64,000 bases of DNA from Candidatus Thermosaccharophagus tengchongensis. Lineage in GTDB: Bacteria; Armatimonadota; Fervidibacteria; Fervidibacterales; Thermosaccharophagaceae. Shown one piece after another: positions 49,359 to 58,966 of this stretch. Below the pieces are notes generated by a model. That model searched no databases and was not told the DNA's origin. It saw only the letters and a program-made list of their open reading frames with translations. The position numbers and the translations under genes were made by a program. Within the stretch, counting starts at the first letter, position 1; each line of letters begins with the position of its first letter. The stretch is taken from the NCBI GenBank assembly GCA_032161105.1, contig JAVHTD010000013.1, one strand, 5' to 3'.

Positions 49359-49939
49359 ATGAGCCTGTCCAAAATGAGCAGGAGATGCACAGCGGTGAAT
49401 GGGTGAGCGCTTTCATCTCCCTTGGAAGCAACATAGAACCGAGGCTGCGTCACTTGCAAGCTGCCGTTCAAATGCTCGTTCAAGTTGACGGTGTGCGCCT
49501 CGTCGCGGTCTCTTCCGTATACGAGACTGAGCCAGTTGAAGTGGCTGCGCCTCAGATGCCATACCTCAACGCGGTCATCAAAGTTGCAACGCGCCTTTCG
49601 CCAATGGAATTGCTCTCCGCAATGCAATCCATTGAGCTGAAGCTCGGCAGGACGCCGAGCTCAAAGGGAACGAAGCTGCCAAGGACTATAGACTTGGACA
49701 TGCTCACCTACGGCGATTTGAAGCTCACAACGATGGAACTCACGCTGCCGCACCCGAGGATGAGCGAAAGGGCGTTTGTGCTCATCCCGCTGTGCGAAAT
49801 TTCACCGCTGCTTAAGCTGCCCGATGGGGCCAATGTATGTGAGCGCGCAAAGGAGCTGTCACGCTCTCAAAGGGTCGTCCGATACCTGAAGCCAGAGCAA
49901 TGGCTCAAGTTAGATGGGCGAGGTAAACAAGGTAAATGA
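49343..49939 (+). CDS. folK: 6-hydroxymethyl-7,8-dihydropterin pyrophosphokinase
   Basis: SLGSN, SSVYETEP, YLN, PRTIDLD, LPHPR..ERAFVL.PL. Confidence 0.95.
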   Translation: MRTQMNEPVQNEQEMHSGEWVSAFISLGSNIEPRLRHLQAAVQMLVQVDGVRLVAVSSVYETEPVEVAAPQMPYLNAVIKVATRLSPMELLSAMQSIELKLGRTPSSKGTKLPRTIDLDMLTYGDLKLTTMELTLPHPRMSERAFVLIPLCEISPLLKLPDGANVCERAKELSRSQRVVRYLKPEQWLKLDGRGKQGK

Positions 49940-50033
49940 ACGAGCGCGTCCGCACGAATTGCATCATAGAGGGAAACGAAGATAGTGGCGCACGGGCAAA
50001 TGAATAACTCCTGAATTAGCGGGTGAGGCTTAA

Positions 50034-51233
50034 ATGCCGATCTTCTCATACCGAGCAAGGGATAAAGATGGGCGCTTGCACTTTGGGTTTGAGTTGGCGC
50101 CATCACGGGAGGAAGCGGTGAGCAAGCTGATGGAAAAAGGGCTTCGGGTCATTGAGGTGAAGGAACACAGGGAGCACCCGATGAAGCAATTCAGCGCATG
50201 GGCATACAGGACATTTAACATCTTCCAACCGAGCGCAAAACACTACGCCATCTTCTTCAGAAGCCTTTCGTCGGCGCTGTCGGCTGGGATGACAGTGTAT
50301 GAGGCATTTGACATGCTCTCGTCATCTGCACCTCATGGGGCATTGCGCAAAGCAGCTGCCAATGTGAAACTCCTTGCGCGCTCAAATTTCGCCCTATCGC
50401 AAGCGCTGGCACGGCATCCACACCTTTTTCCGGGGTTCATCGTGAGCATGATTCAAATTGGCGAAGAGAGCGGCAGGTTGGATTCCGTGCTTGACTTGCT
50501 CGCCAATTACTACGAGAGGGAGCACGAGCACTCCCTTGAACTGAAGCGCGAGACATTCTACCCGATAATGCTGTGTGCGTTCCTCATCGTTTACCTCTGC
50601 GGGCTGCAACCGCTCATTGGTTGGCTCACCGGGAAAATGTCCGCCTTTGAATTCGCGTTGGCATTCTTAAAAGGGCTTGTAGGGTATGCCCTCATCATAG
50701 CCGCCTGCTACTTTATCATCAGGGGATTGCTTTCATTGCCGCAGCTACAGTTGATTGCCGATTCCGTCCTCCTGTCATTTCCACTCGTTGGTGGGGTGAG
50801 GCGGAGGTTAGTTGAGGCGAGATTCTTAAGGGCGCTGGCTATGCTGCAAGCCTCTGGAGTTGATGCGGCGCGCTCAATCTCACTCGCCGGAGAGGCATCC
50901 GGGAGCAAAATATTTGAGGCACTTTGCAGCAGAGCTGCCTCTATGGTCAGGGGCGGAAAGAGAATGAGCGAAGCACTCGCATCCGCATCAAGACGCCTGA
51001 TCACCATTCAACCGACAACACTCCAAATGATGTCAACTGCCGAAACCACTGGCTCACTTGATGACCTTCTCCCTCGCTTGGCAGATCGTTATGAGCAAGA
51101 GGCATTCACAGCGATGCGCCAAAGGGCTATCGCAATCGGTGTAATCATGTTTTTGGGTATCGCCATCATCATCGGGGCAAAGGTCATCGGATTTTACATG
51201 GGCTATTACGGCGCCCTATTCAATGAGCCATGA
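50034..51233 (+). CDS. Type II secretion system F / PilC family platform protein
   Basis: MPIFSYRA, GEESGRLD..L..LA.YYE, YP, AETTGSLD. Confidence 0.9.
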   Translation: MPIFSYRARDKDGRLHFGFELAPSREEAVSKLMEKGLRVIEVKEHREHPMKQFSAWAYRTFNIFQPSAKHYAIFFRSLSSALSAGMTVYEAFDMLSSSAPHGALRKAAANVKLLARSNFALSQALARHPHLFPGFIVSMIQIGEESGRLDSVLDLLANYYEREHEHSLELKRETFYPIMLCAFLIVYLCGLQPLIGWLTGKMSAFEFALAFLKGLVGYALIIAACYFIIRGLLSLPQLQLIADSVLLSFPLVGGVRRRLVEARFLRALAMLQASGVDAARSISLAGEASGSKIFEALCSRAASMVRGGKRMSEALASASRRLITIQPTTLQMMSTAETTGSLDDLLPRLADRYEQEAFTAMRQRAIAIGVIMFLGIAIIIGAKVIGFYMGYYGALFNEP

Positions 51234-51280
51234 TGTGCTAACCATAACAATGGCAATGAAGGTGAATGGCATTTGCTGCA

Positions 51281-52516
51281 TCAAAGGGCTGGTGGATAGT
51301 TAACCTCAATCCCCTCCCTCACTGCTCTTGAGGCGTCCTCATAAATGGCAATATACTTGTGAGCGCACACTTCCCAGCTGACTACATCCTCAAGATACCT
51401 TTTGAGGTTGTCCCCGAGCATCCTGCGCAAGCCCTCATCGCAAGCCAACCTTATGACTTTGCGGATGAAGCTGTTCCTGTCGGTGAACATCAATCCACCT
51501 TCGCTTTCAACCGTCTGAGCCGTCAAGCCCTCAAGTGGTGCTGTAGTGATGTATGGCTTATTCAGGGCAATGATGCGCGCGAGCGTCCCGGATTGAGTTT
51601 CGTCAACAGTTGGCAAAAGGACAAAGTCGCAAATCGCCATCACCTTGTAGTAGATGAGACCCCTCGGCGTAAATTTGTAGTAGAGCGCTATGCCATCACG
51701 CTCAAGCTCACGGATCATTTCAACAACGCGCTGATAATAGGACAGGTGCTCGGGGTCCCTCATATCTCCGGCGCAAAAGAGCAGCCATTGCTCCCCAGTC
51801 CTGTAAGTTATCTCCGCGTGAATATCCCGCCATGTTTCAAGGACGAGTTCCCAGCGCTTGTTTGGCTGTATCCATCCGACAATGCCGACAACATGCTTCC
51901 CCTTAAGCTGCGGCAACCCAAGCTCCTCCTTAAACTGCTCAACTTCACCATTGCCCCACCGCCTATCCGGGCGCGCGCCATGCTGGACAACCGTAATGCG
52001 CCTTAGCAAGCGCTTTGCTTCATCGTCATCTCGCCATTGCCATTCAAGCCTCCACTTCTGGTATGCGCACTTGAGGATGCACACTGTCACCTTGGATAGC
52101 ATTTGCTTTAAGAACCTCTCCTCACCCTCGCGCAATCTCCCATGGACTGTATGCGGCTCAACCACTATTGGGTAGCCATGAAGCTCATCAAGCATCTTGA
52201 GGAAGCCCTCATTGTATTCGTCCACGCCTTTCTCGCTCACTGAGCGGTATAGCCCATACTCGTGTTGGATGTGTATGACATATGGATCAAGCTCCCTGAC
52301 AAGCTTCACAACTGGCTCATACCAATCAAATCGGCTCAGGTCAATTATCGGATGGACATTCTCTCCCTCACCGTCAGTGTGCGAGATGATGTGTATCGGA
52401 CGACCATTGAGACGCTTGCTTACGAACTCAAGCTGCTCTTCAACAAATGTCGCAATGCCACACGGTCTCGGTGGATAGCTGCTTATTACGACCAAAGGCT
52501 GCATAGACTTTATCAC
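51281..52516 (-). CDS. Glycosyltransferase (GT4-like), related to 29019-30287
   Basis: SSYPPRPCGIATF, QHEYG, HTVH, QSGTLA. Confidence 0.82.
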   Translation of the reverse strand: MIKSMQPLVVISSYPPRPCGIATFVEEQLEFVSKRLNGRPIHIISHTDGEGENVHPIIDLSRFDWYEPVVKLVRELDPYVIHIQHEYGLYRSVSEKGVDEYNEGFLKMLDELHGYPIVVEPHTVHGRLREGEERFLKQMLSKVTVCILKCAYQKWRLEWQWRDDDEAKRLLRRITVVQHGARPDRRWGNGEVEQFKEELGLPQLKGKHVVGIVGWIQPNKRWELVLETWRDIHAEITYRTGEQWLLFCAGDMRDPEHLSYYQRVVEMIRELERDGIALYYKFTPRGLIYYKVMAICDFVLLPTVDETQSGTLARIIALNKPYITTAPLEGLTAQTVESEGGLMFTDRNSFIRKVIRLACDEGLRRMLGDNLKRYLEDVVSWEVCAHKYIAIYEDASRAVREGIEVNYPPAL

Positions 52517-52541
52517 CCCACATCACGAATGCAGCATTAAA

Positions 52542-54194
52542 TCACCTGAGGCGAATGATTGATGCGAACCTTCTGGCGACCAATCCCACCTCCTTGAATC
52601 CCGCTAACCATAATGTGAGCGCGAATGCGAACGCACCGATGAGCGCCGGAATAAACACGCATGCAAACCGCCCATACAAGTTAGCGCTCACCCACATTGA
52701 AATGATGCGCAAAACGGCGTGGGCAAAAACGCCCGTAACAACGCTTCCGATGGCAAACCACGCAAACGAACGAGCCATCTCAACATCCAAAAATCCATTG
52801 ATCCTCCTGTTGAGCATCATCATCAACATGAGCATGTAAAACCAAGCTGCCACAGATGACGCCAATGCAAGCCCACCATGTTCCAACCGTGTTCTTACAA
52901 GCAGCAAGTTTGCGAGCATAGCCAACGCGAAGCTGCCAAGGGCAATCATGACCGGCGTTCGTGTATCACGCATTGCGTAAAATCCCCTTGCCAATACATT
53001 CTGGCACGCCATCGCCGGCACACCAATGCTGTAAAAGAGGAGTGCAGTGCCCGTGACCTGAGTGTCATACGCAGTCCAGCGACCGTATTGAAACAGGAGC
53101 GCAATGACTTGCACCCTCAGAACACCTATGAGCACCGCTGAAGGGACGGCGAACAGCAAGATGGCTCTTACACCCGCAGCAATTTGCTTGCGAAGCTCGT
53201 CCAAAGCTTCAGTCGCTGCAAGAGTTGAAAGCGTCGGAAAGAGGGCAATGCCAATGCTTGCCCCAAACAGTGCCACAGGTAGCTGTATAACCCTGTTCGC
53301 CATCTCAACGGATGTGGCAGCACCCTGCGACAACACCGAGCTGAAGCTCCTCGGCAGTATCGTTGAGTTGATGTATGTGACTGACAGGCTCGCCATAACG
53401 GGCAGGATAAGCCTCATGACCTCCCTTGCCCCCTCATCGCGCCAATCAAAGCACGGTGAGAAGCTCATCCCCAACTGCCGTAACCTGAGCCACTGTATTC
53501 CAACGGCGCCGATGGCTGCCCCAATGAGCGCCCCGATTGCCATTCCTTCAACCCCGCCGCCGAGCCAGTGAGAGCAAAAATGGGCGCCAACTATGCCGCC
53601 CATGAGGATGCCGATGTTGTAAAGCACGGATTGTAATGGCGGCTCAGCGAAGCAGCGCAATGACATCAAAGCACCGGAGAACAGAGCGCCGAGCGCAAAG
53701 AAGAACTGAGCCGGCAAAATGATGCGAACGAGCAGCACCGTGAGCCTAAGCTTATCATGATGCTCCACCATCCCGGGGAAGAGCAAAATGACAAGGCGCG
53801 GTGCGAGCAGCTCACATGCAAAAATCACAGCCGCAATTAAGATGGCGATGTAGGTCATGAGCACCCTGAAGGTTTTGATGGCTCTTTCATCCTCGCCAGC
53901 GGCAAGGTATCCCGAGAAGACAGGTATGAACCCGGAGGACAAAGCGCCACCCGAAGCGAGCAGATACACCAAATCGGGCAAGCTAAAAGCGCATACATAT
54001 GCGTCAGTGCGCCAATCCCTGCCAAAGAGCGATGTCCTACCAATATCCCTTACGACGCCGGTCACCCTTGAAAGCCCAATGAGAGCGCTCGTCATTACGG
54101 CAGCCGCAACGACACCGCTTTTCTCATTGCGCTTCAGCGCTCTCTTTGCACCGCCAATTGAAGCCACATCACAATCATCCGTTCTATCTGGCAT
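52542..54194 (-). CDS. murJ: Lipid II flippase MurJ
   Basis: SRVTGVVRD, TDAY..AF.LP, GALSSGFIP, ANRVIQLP, FYA..DTRTP, GLALASS. Confidence 0.93.
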   Translation of the reverse strand: MPDRTDDCDVASIGGAKRALKRNEKSGVVAAAVMTSALIGLSRVTGVVRDIGRTSLFGRDWRTDAYVCAFSLPDLVYLLASGGALSSGFIPVFSGYLAAGEDERAIKTFRVLMTYIAILIAAVIFACELLAPRLVILLFPGMVEHHDKLRLTVLLVRIILPAQFFFALGALFSGALMSLRCFAEPPLQSVLYNIGILMGGIVGAHFCSHWLGGGVEGMAIGALIGAAIGAVGIQWLRLRQLGMSFSPCFDWRDEGAREVMRLILPVMASLSVTYINSTILPRSFSSVLSQGAATSVEMANRVIQLPVALFGASIGIALFPTLSTLAATEALDELRKQIAAGVRAILLFAVPSAVLIGVLRVQVIALLFQYGRWTAYDTQVTGTALLFYSIGVPAMACQNVLARGFYAMRDTRTPVMIALGSFALAMLANLLLVRTRLEHGGLALASSVAAWFYMLMLMMMLNRRINGFLDVEMARSFAWFAIGSVVTGVFAHAVLRIISMWVSANLYGRFACVFIPALIGAFAFALTLWLAGFKEVGLVARRFASIIRLR

Positions 54195-54214
54195 TGAACC
54201 GTCAACTCACCCCT

Positions 54215-56920
54215 TCAAGCGAACACGAGTTCAACCGTCTTTATCTCAAATGGTGCGCACGGGACGGTCACGCTCCCATCTTCGTTGATCTTCAGCTCGC
54301 CTTCGCTCAACCTCTCCTCATTCAAGTTTGTCAGCCACGCAACAGTTGGCTTCTTGAACGGGCGCAAGGTCACATCCTGCGACCGGTTGCTTGAGTTGTA
54401 AAAGCGCACAATGAGGGAATCTCGCCACTCGCATTTCTTGATCGCCGTCACAACACCAGCGGGCGGCTCAACCAAAAGGAAGCTCATCGTTGGCGGCAAC
54501 GCCGCTTCCATCCTTGGATGCCATTCGCCAACGAGAGCACCAACATTGAACTCATGTGCATAGCGCTGCACAAGCGCCTCTAACCAATCGCCACCGTGTA
54601 TCATGACCGCATACTTGAATGTGTGCATCCCGATGCACTGGGCTTCTGGAGTCTGTATCGCCGGACCTGCGTGTCCGGAACGAGTGAGCAAATCGCCACG
54701 GGATAACCACCCAACACACCTGAGAAGCGTCAGGCAAATGACGGATCCAACCTCAGTTTGCTTGACTTCATACTCGGGCAAACCCTGATTGATGAGGGCA
54801 AACCCGCGCTTGCCATCGTTAACCTCAACGAATGAACATTGATGATTTGTTGGCAATGGCTTTTGCGCCCAACCTTCCCCGGATGGCAGCTTGAGCGAGC
54901 GCTCCAAAACACAGAAGTGCCCCTCAACTATCGCCCTGTCGGAATTAATCCCGGTCGGGAAGAGGACGCGCAGGCGATGATCTTTAGCCCTATTATCAAC
55001 GGTGGTTGTGAAGTCAATCCTCGGTGAGCCGGAATGCAACCTCACAACCGTTGTGATTGGCAATGTGCAAGTCCTGTTGGAGCGCGCCTTCCTGTCACCG
55101 CGCAGCTCAATCGGCAATCGCCAGTTGAGCCTTATTGTCATCTCCGCAGCGACGGCGCCAAGGCGCCTTACCCTCACAATCGCCCTCTCATTTTCCGTCG
55201 TCATAACTTGCGTCGCTTCAATCGGCGAGTAGTCATATTCATCGCCGGCATCTTCGGCATCCTCAAAGAGCAAGACGCCGCTGTATATCTCACCAGTTGC
55301 CTTGACGAGTATGTCCAATGTGCCATTGCCATTGGAGCTTATGCGGTAGTGCTCATTTTCAATTGAGTTAGCTCCAACGCTTATGTCGCTTATCATTTGC
55401 TGCCCCTTAGGTCTGCCAGCGAGGAAGTAAATCGTTGTGTAACCACATGCTGGCAGCTCATCCAACTTGATGAGCCATTGTGCCTCATCGCCAAGTCGCT
55501 CCCTGTGTGCGGCTAACACTTTTCCATCGGCACTCACAAATGTCCCAATAGCATCTGACGGCAATCTTACGCTGACGACCTCGGTGCGCTTCCATGGGAG
55601 GGTGTTGAATACAATGAATGCCCTTGCATCACCCGACGGCGCCGATGAGGATGCATTCACATGGGAGCAAATGTTTGACAATGCCTCCCGCACAATCGCC
55701 TCACCAACTTGCTCGGCGAGTGAATAGCGATACATATCCTCACGGTGCACTTGGTCAATGCTGCATCCGCATATGTCATCGTGCGGGTGATTCTTCATCA
55801 GCGTGCGCCACGCATACCAAATGTGCCATGACGGATAAACTTGCCCGCAGACAAGCCACGAAATGGCGCATAGCGGTTCGGTGTATCGCTCAAGCAAAGT
55901 TTGAACCCTCCAGTTGGATTGCTTCAATGGCATTCTGGAGGAGAGCACACCAGAAAGGAGGTATTGATACCGACCGCTTCTGAACTCCCCCCTGTATGTC
56001 CTCAAGTGCCCGCCAAACTGACGCACCAATTTCAAGTAGTCATGGAAGCTGCCTATGATGAGCTCTCCACCGTCCCAGTGTTCGTTGATGTAATTGACAA
56101 TGTCGGGCAGCTCAGGTTGCGGCTCAACATGGTCGCACCCATTGTTGAACAACAGTGCATTTGTCCTCGCATATTTGCGCAGGCGCTCCACAAGTTCAAC
56201 CGTGCGCCTCAAACCGGCTTCATAGTCAACCCTGAAGCCACCCTGTGAGTGCACATAGCCGAGGTGGACGGCGTTGCAATATCCGCCAATCTGATGCACG
56301 GCAAGCACATTTGATTTGCCATCCAAGCCCTCCCACAAAAACTCACTCCCCAGCTCCTCACCCTCATCACCAACGCCCCTCGTGAATATTGCTGAGTCAA
56401 TTCCGAACCCACAAAGTATCTGCGGCAGCTGCGCTATGTGCCCAAACGGATCTGGTATGTAGCCAACTTTCATTACACCACCCATGCTTGTGGCTATCTT
56501 GTGACCGAGCATCAAGTTGCGCACGATGGCTTCGGCGCTGACAAGGAATTCATCGGGGAGGACATACCAAGGTCCGATGAGCAACCTCCCAGAGCTGACA
56601 AGCTCTCTGATTTCATCGCGCCGCTCCGGACGAACCTCAAGGTAATCTTCAATGACAACCGTCTGACCATCAAACACAAAGCATTTGAACCGTTCATCGG
56701 ACTTGAGCAGCTCAATGACCTTGTCGGTCAACTTAACCAGGCGTATGCGGAACTGCTCAAATGTGAGATACCATGCCCTATCCCAATGCGTGTGCGGCAC
56801 AACTACGACTGTCCACCTCTCAGCTGCGTTTCTTCCGTGCATACCACATTCACCCCCAATCATCGGAATCGCAAGCAGCGCAAACACCACCCAAAGAACG
56901 CAGCAATGCAGCGCTCTCAC
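54215..56920 (-). CDS. Glycoside hydrolase family 38 alpha-mannosidase (MngB-like)
   Basis: PHTHWDRAWY, DGQ, GPWY, PDPFGH, GCDH, HDDICGCSID, LTLLR. Confidence 0.93.
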   Translation of the reverse strand: MRALHCCVLWVVFALLAIPMIGGECGMHGRNAAERWTVVVVPHTHWDRAWYLTFEQFRIRLVKLTDKVIELLKSDERFKCFVFDGQTVVIEDYLEVRPERRDEIRELVSSGRLLIGPWYVLPDEFLVSAEAIVRNLMLGHKIATSMGGVMKVGYIPDPFGHIAQLPQILCGFGIDSAIFTRGVGDEGEELGSEFLWEGLDGKSNVLAVHQIGGYCNAVHLGYVHSQGGFRVDYEAGLRRTVELVERLRKYARTNALLFNNGCDHVEPQPELPDIVNYINEHWDGGELIIGSFHDYLKLVRQFGGHLRTYRGEFRSGRYQYLLSGVLSSRMPLKQSNWRVQTLLERYTEPLCAISWLVCGQVYPSWHIWYAWRTLMKNHPHDDICGCSIDQVHREDMYRYSLAEQVGEAIVREALSNICSHVNASSSAPSGDARAFIVFNTLPWKRTEVVSVRLPSDAIGTFVSADGKVLAAHRERLGDEAQWLIKLDELPACGYTTIYFLAGRPKGQQMISDISVGANSIENEHYRISSNGNGTLDILVKATGEIYSGVLLFEDAEDAGDEYDYSPIEATQVMTTENERAIVRVRRLGAVAAEMTIRLNWRLPIELRGDRKARSNRTCTLPITTVVRLHSGSPRIDFTTTVDNRAKDHRLRVLFPTGINSDRAIVEGHFCVLERSLKLPSGEGWAQKPLPTNHQCSFVEVNDGKRGFALINQGLPEYEVKQTEVGSVICLTLLRCVGWLSRGDLLTRSGHAGPAIQTPEAQCIGMHTFKYAVMIHGGDWLEALVQRYAHEFNVGALVGEWHPRMEAALPPTMSFLLVEPPAGVVTAIKKCEWRDSLIVRFYNSSNRSQDVTLRPFKKPTVAWLTNLNEERLSEGELKINEDGSVTVPCAPFEIKTVELVFA

Positions 56921-57849
56921 TTACCGGAGATGAAGCCAAGGACAACAATGGTGAGTATCCAAAGGAAAACCGTGAGCACTAATGGCAGGTCTTGCAACAT
57001 CCTTTCCGGTGCACCGGCTATATCTGTGCTGTATGCGAGATACATGTAACGGAACATGCCGTAGATGACATACGGTATCGTGAGCATGAGCAAGGGCGAA
57101 TCAGAGTTGCCGAGCAGTATGTGTGGCGCAGTGAATGTGTATAGCGAGTAAGCCATGATTGTCGCAGCAGCGGTTGCGGCTATCATCTGGTCAAGCATCG
57201 CCGGAGAATACTTAGGGAGCACATTCCTAAAACTCTGTGCCCTGTCACCGAGCATGAGGAGCTCATGTCGGCGCTTGCAAAGCGCTATGAAAAGCGAAAG
57301 CAAGAGCGTGCAAAGCAGAAGCCACGGTGAAATGCTAACTCCAATGGCAAGGCATCCTGCGACCACTCGCAACATAAATCCGGCGGCAACGGCAAGCACA
57401 TCAATGATGACTATGTCCTTCAGCAGCATTGAGTAAAGGAGCGCCCAGATGGGATAGGATATGGAAGCGAGCGGAAAAAGCGGTGCGCGCATCACTATGC
57501 TCACAAAGGCGGAGAGAATGAGACCGCAGAGCAAACATGTGATGGCAAACACAGCAGCCTCGCGTGGCGTTATGCGCCCAGATGGCAGCGGACGATGGCG
57601 CTTCAGTGGGTGATGCAAATCACGCTCCCTGTCTTTGAGGTCGTTGATGGCATATGCAAATGAAGAGAGCATGCAGAAGCTGACGAAGGCAAGGATGACA
57701 CCAACAAGCTCAATTAGTGCCGATGGCATCGGCATCTTGAGTCTCCCGGCGAAGATGTAACCGGCAAAGAGCAATCCATTTTTGCTCCATTGCAGCGGTC
57801 TCGCAAGCTCAACCAGTGCGGCTAATTTACCACCTTCACGCATTCTCAT
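56917..57849 (-). CDS. UbiA-family decaprenyl-phosphate phosphoribosyltransferase-like protein
   Basis: RPLQWSKN, Y.INDL.D..RD..HP.K..RP..SG, LK..IIDV, KRRHE, YG.FRY. Confidence 0.88.
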   Translation of the reverse strand: MRMREGGKLAALVELARPLQWSKNGLLFAGYIFAGRLKMPMPSALIELVGVILAFVSFCMLSSFAYAINDLKDRERDLHHPLKRHRPLPSGRITPREAAVFAITCLLCGLILSAFVSIVMRAPLFPLASISYPIWALLYSMLLKDIVIIDVLAVAAGFMLRVVAGCLAIGVSISPWLLLCTLLLSLFIALCKRRHELLMLGDRAQSFRNVLPKYSPAMLDQMIAATAAATIMAYSLYTFTAPHILLGNSDSPLLMLTIPYVIYGMFRYMYLAYSTDIAGAPERMLQDLPLVLTVFLWILTIVVLGFISGK

Positions 57850-58762
57850 CCCTTCCGCTCACCGAGAATTCAACTTGCTGCGTTTCCATTTCCCAACTCC
57901 ATCTCTCCCTTCCGGGGACAAGATCGGGATTATCCGCGTAGCGGCGATAAAGTTGCAAGTATGTAACCGTCGGCATCCCGAGAGAGAGCACATGCTCTAT
58001 CAGCAACCTGACTATGCGACAATCCTCACTCAGCCGATAAATTGAGTGTGGGTGATAGACCAGAGAAATGTAATCAAGCCGATATCTCAGTGCCCTGTCA
58101 ATCCAGACTTTTTGCACCTCAAGTTCCTCCTCCGGTGTTCTTGTAGGGCGGCTTGGTATTCCCCACGGCAGGAGCTTCGGCCAAGGAAGCGTCAGGCGTG
58201 GCTCAAGCGAGCCATCCGGATCCTTGAGCACATTGTCATGCCAACCGTGTGCCGGCAACTCAAGCAAATGCGGGAAGCCTTCCACATCATACCAATACGC
58301 CTGTTGCAATCCCGAGGGGATTGAATCCGCTGGTCCTCTCGCATCGCTGCTGATGAATTTAAATCCGCACGACCATATCACTCCCAGGCGCTCAACCTCA
58401 CCTTGCATTCCCCTGTAGAAACCGCATGGCGTTCTAAAGCCGATGCACTCAACACCAAATGCCTCCTCAACAAGGCGCTTGCCGAGGTCAAGCTCCATTC
58501 GCATCTCCTCAATTGATATCCCGTGACCGTGCATGGCGCTGTCTTTAAGCAGCTTGTGAGAGTAAGTGTGCGACTGAATGTCAAAAAGGGTGTCGCCGAG
58601 AAGGAGTTCACGCAGCTCCTCGCCACTCTGCTCAATGACTTTTCCGACCACGAAGAATGTTGCAGGCACATTATACCGGCGGTGAATTTCAACAATCGTT
58701 GGCAATGCCTTCATGCAAAGCTGTGGATGCTCAACATCGTAGCTGAAGACATAGCTCGTCAC
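57836..58762 (-). CDS. Polysaccharide deacetylase (CE4/NodB-like)
   Basis: FSYDVE, ATFFVVG, SHTYSH, GFRTP, YHP; start set at GTG 58762 after SD AGGAGG. Confidence 0.82.
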   Translation of the reverse strand: MTSYVFSYDVEHPQLCMKALPTIVEIHRRYNVPATFFVVGKVIEQSGEELRELLLGDTLFDIQSHTYSHKLLKDSAMHGHGISIEEMRMELDLGKRLVEEAFGVECIGFRTPCGFYRGMQGEVERLGVIWSCGFKFISSDARGPADSIPSGLQQAYWYDVEGFPHLLELPAHGWHDNVLKDPDGSLEPRLTLPWPKLLPWGIPSRPTRTPEEELEVQKVWIDRALRYRLDYISLVYHPHSIYRLSEDCRIVRLLIEHVLSLGMPTVTYLQLYRRYADNPDLVPGRERWSWEMETQQVEFSVSGRDENA

Positions 58763-58966
58763 ATCTAATCCCCTCCTTACAGTTCCCAGATCGCTTTGCG
58801 GACTTGCAACCCAAAGCCAACTCAGACTACAAATTTGCATTTTGACATGCTCATGCCAGCAATGCATCTCGGTGGGCATCGGGCGCGCGTTACGGTTACA
58901 ATTTGCAGTTGAGCTTGACGAGAGCTTGCTTCATCGGGTCCGAATCCGGGAAGGGAAGCAAACCAA

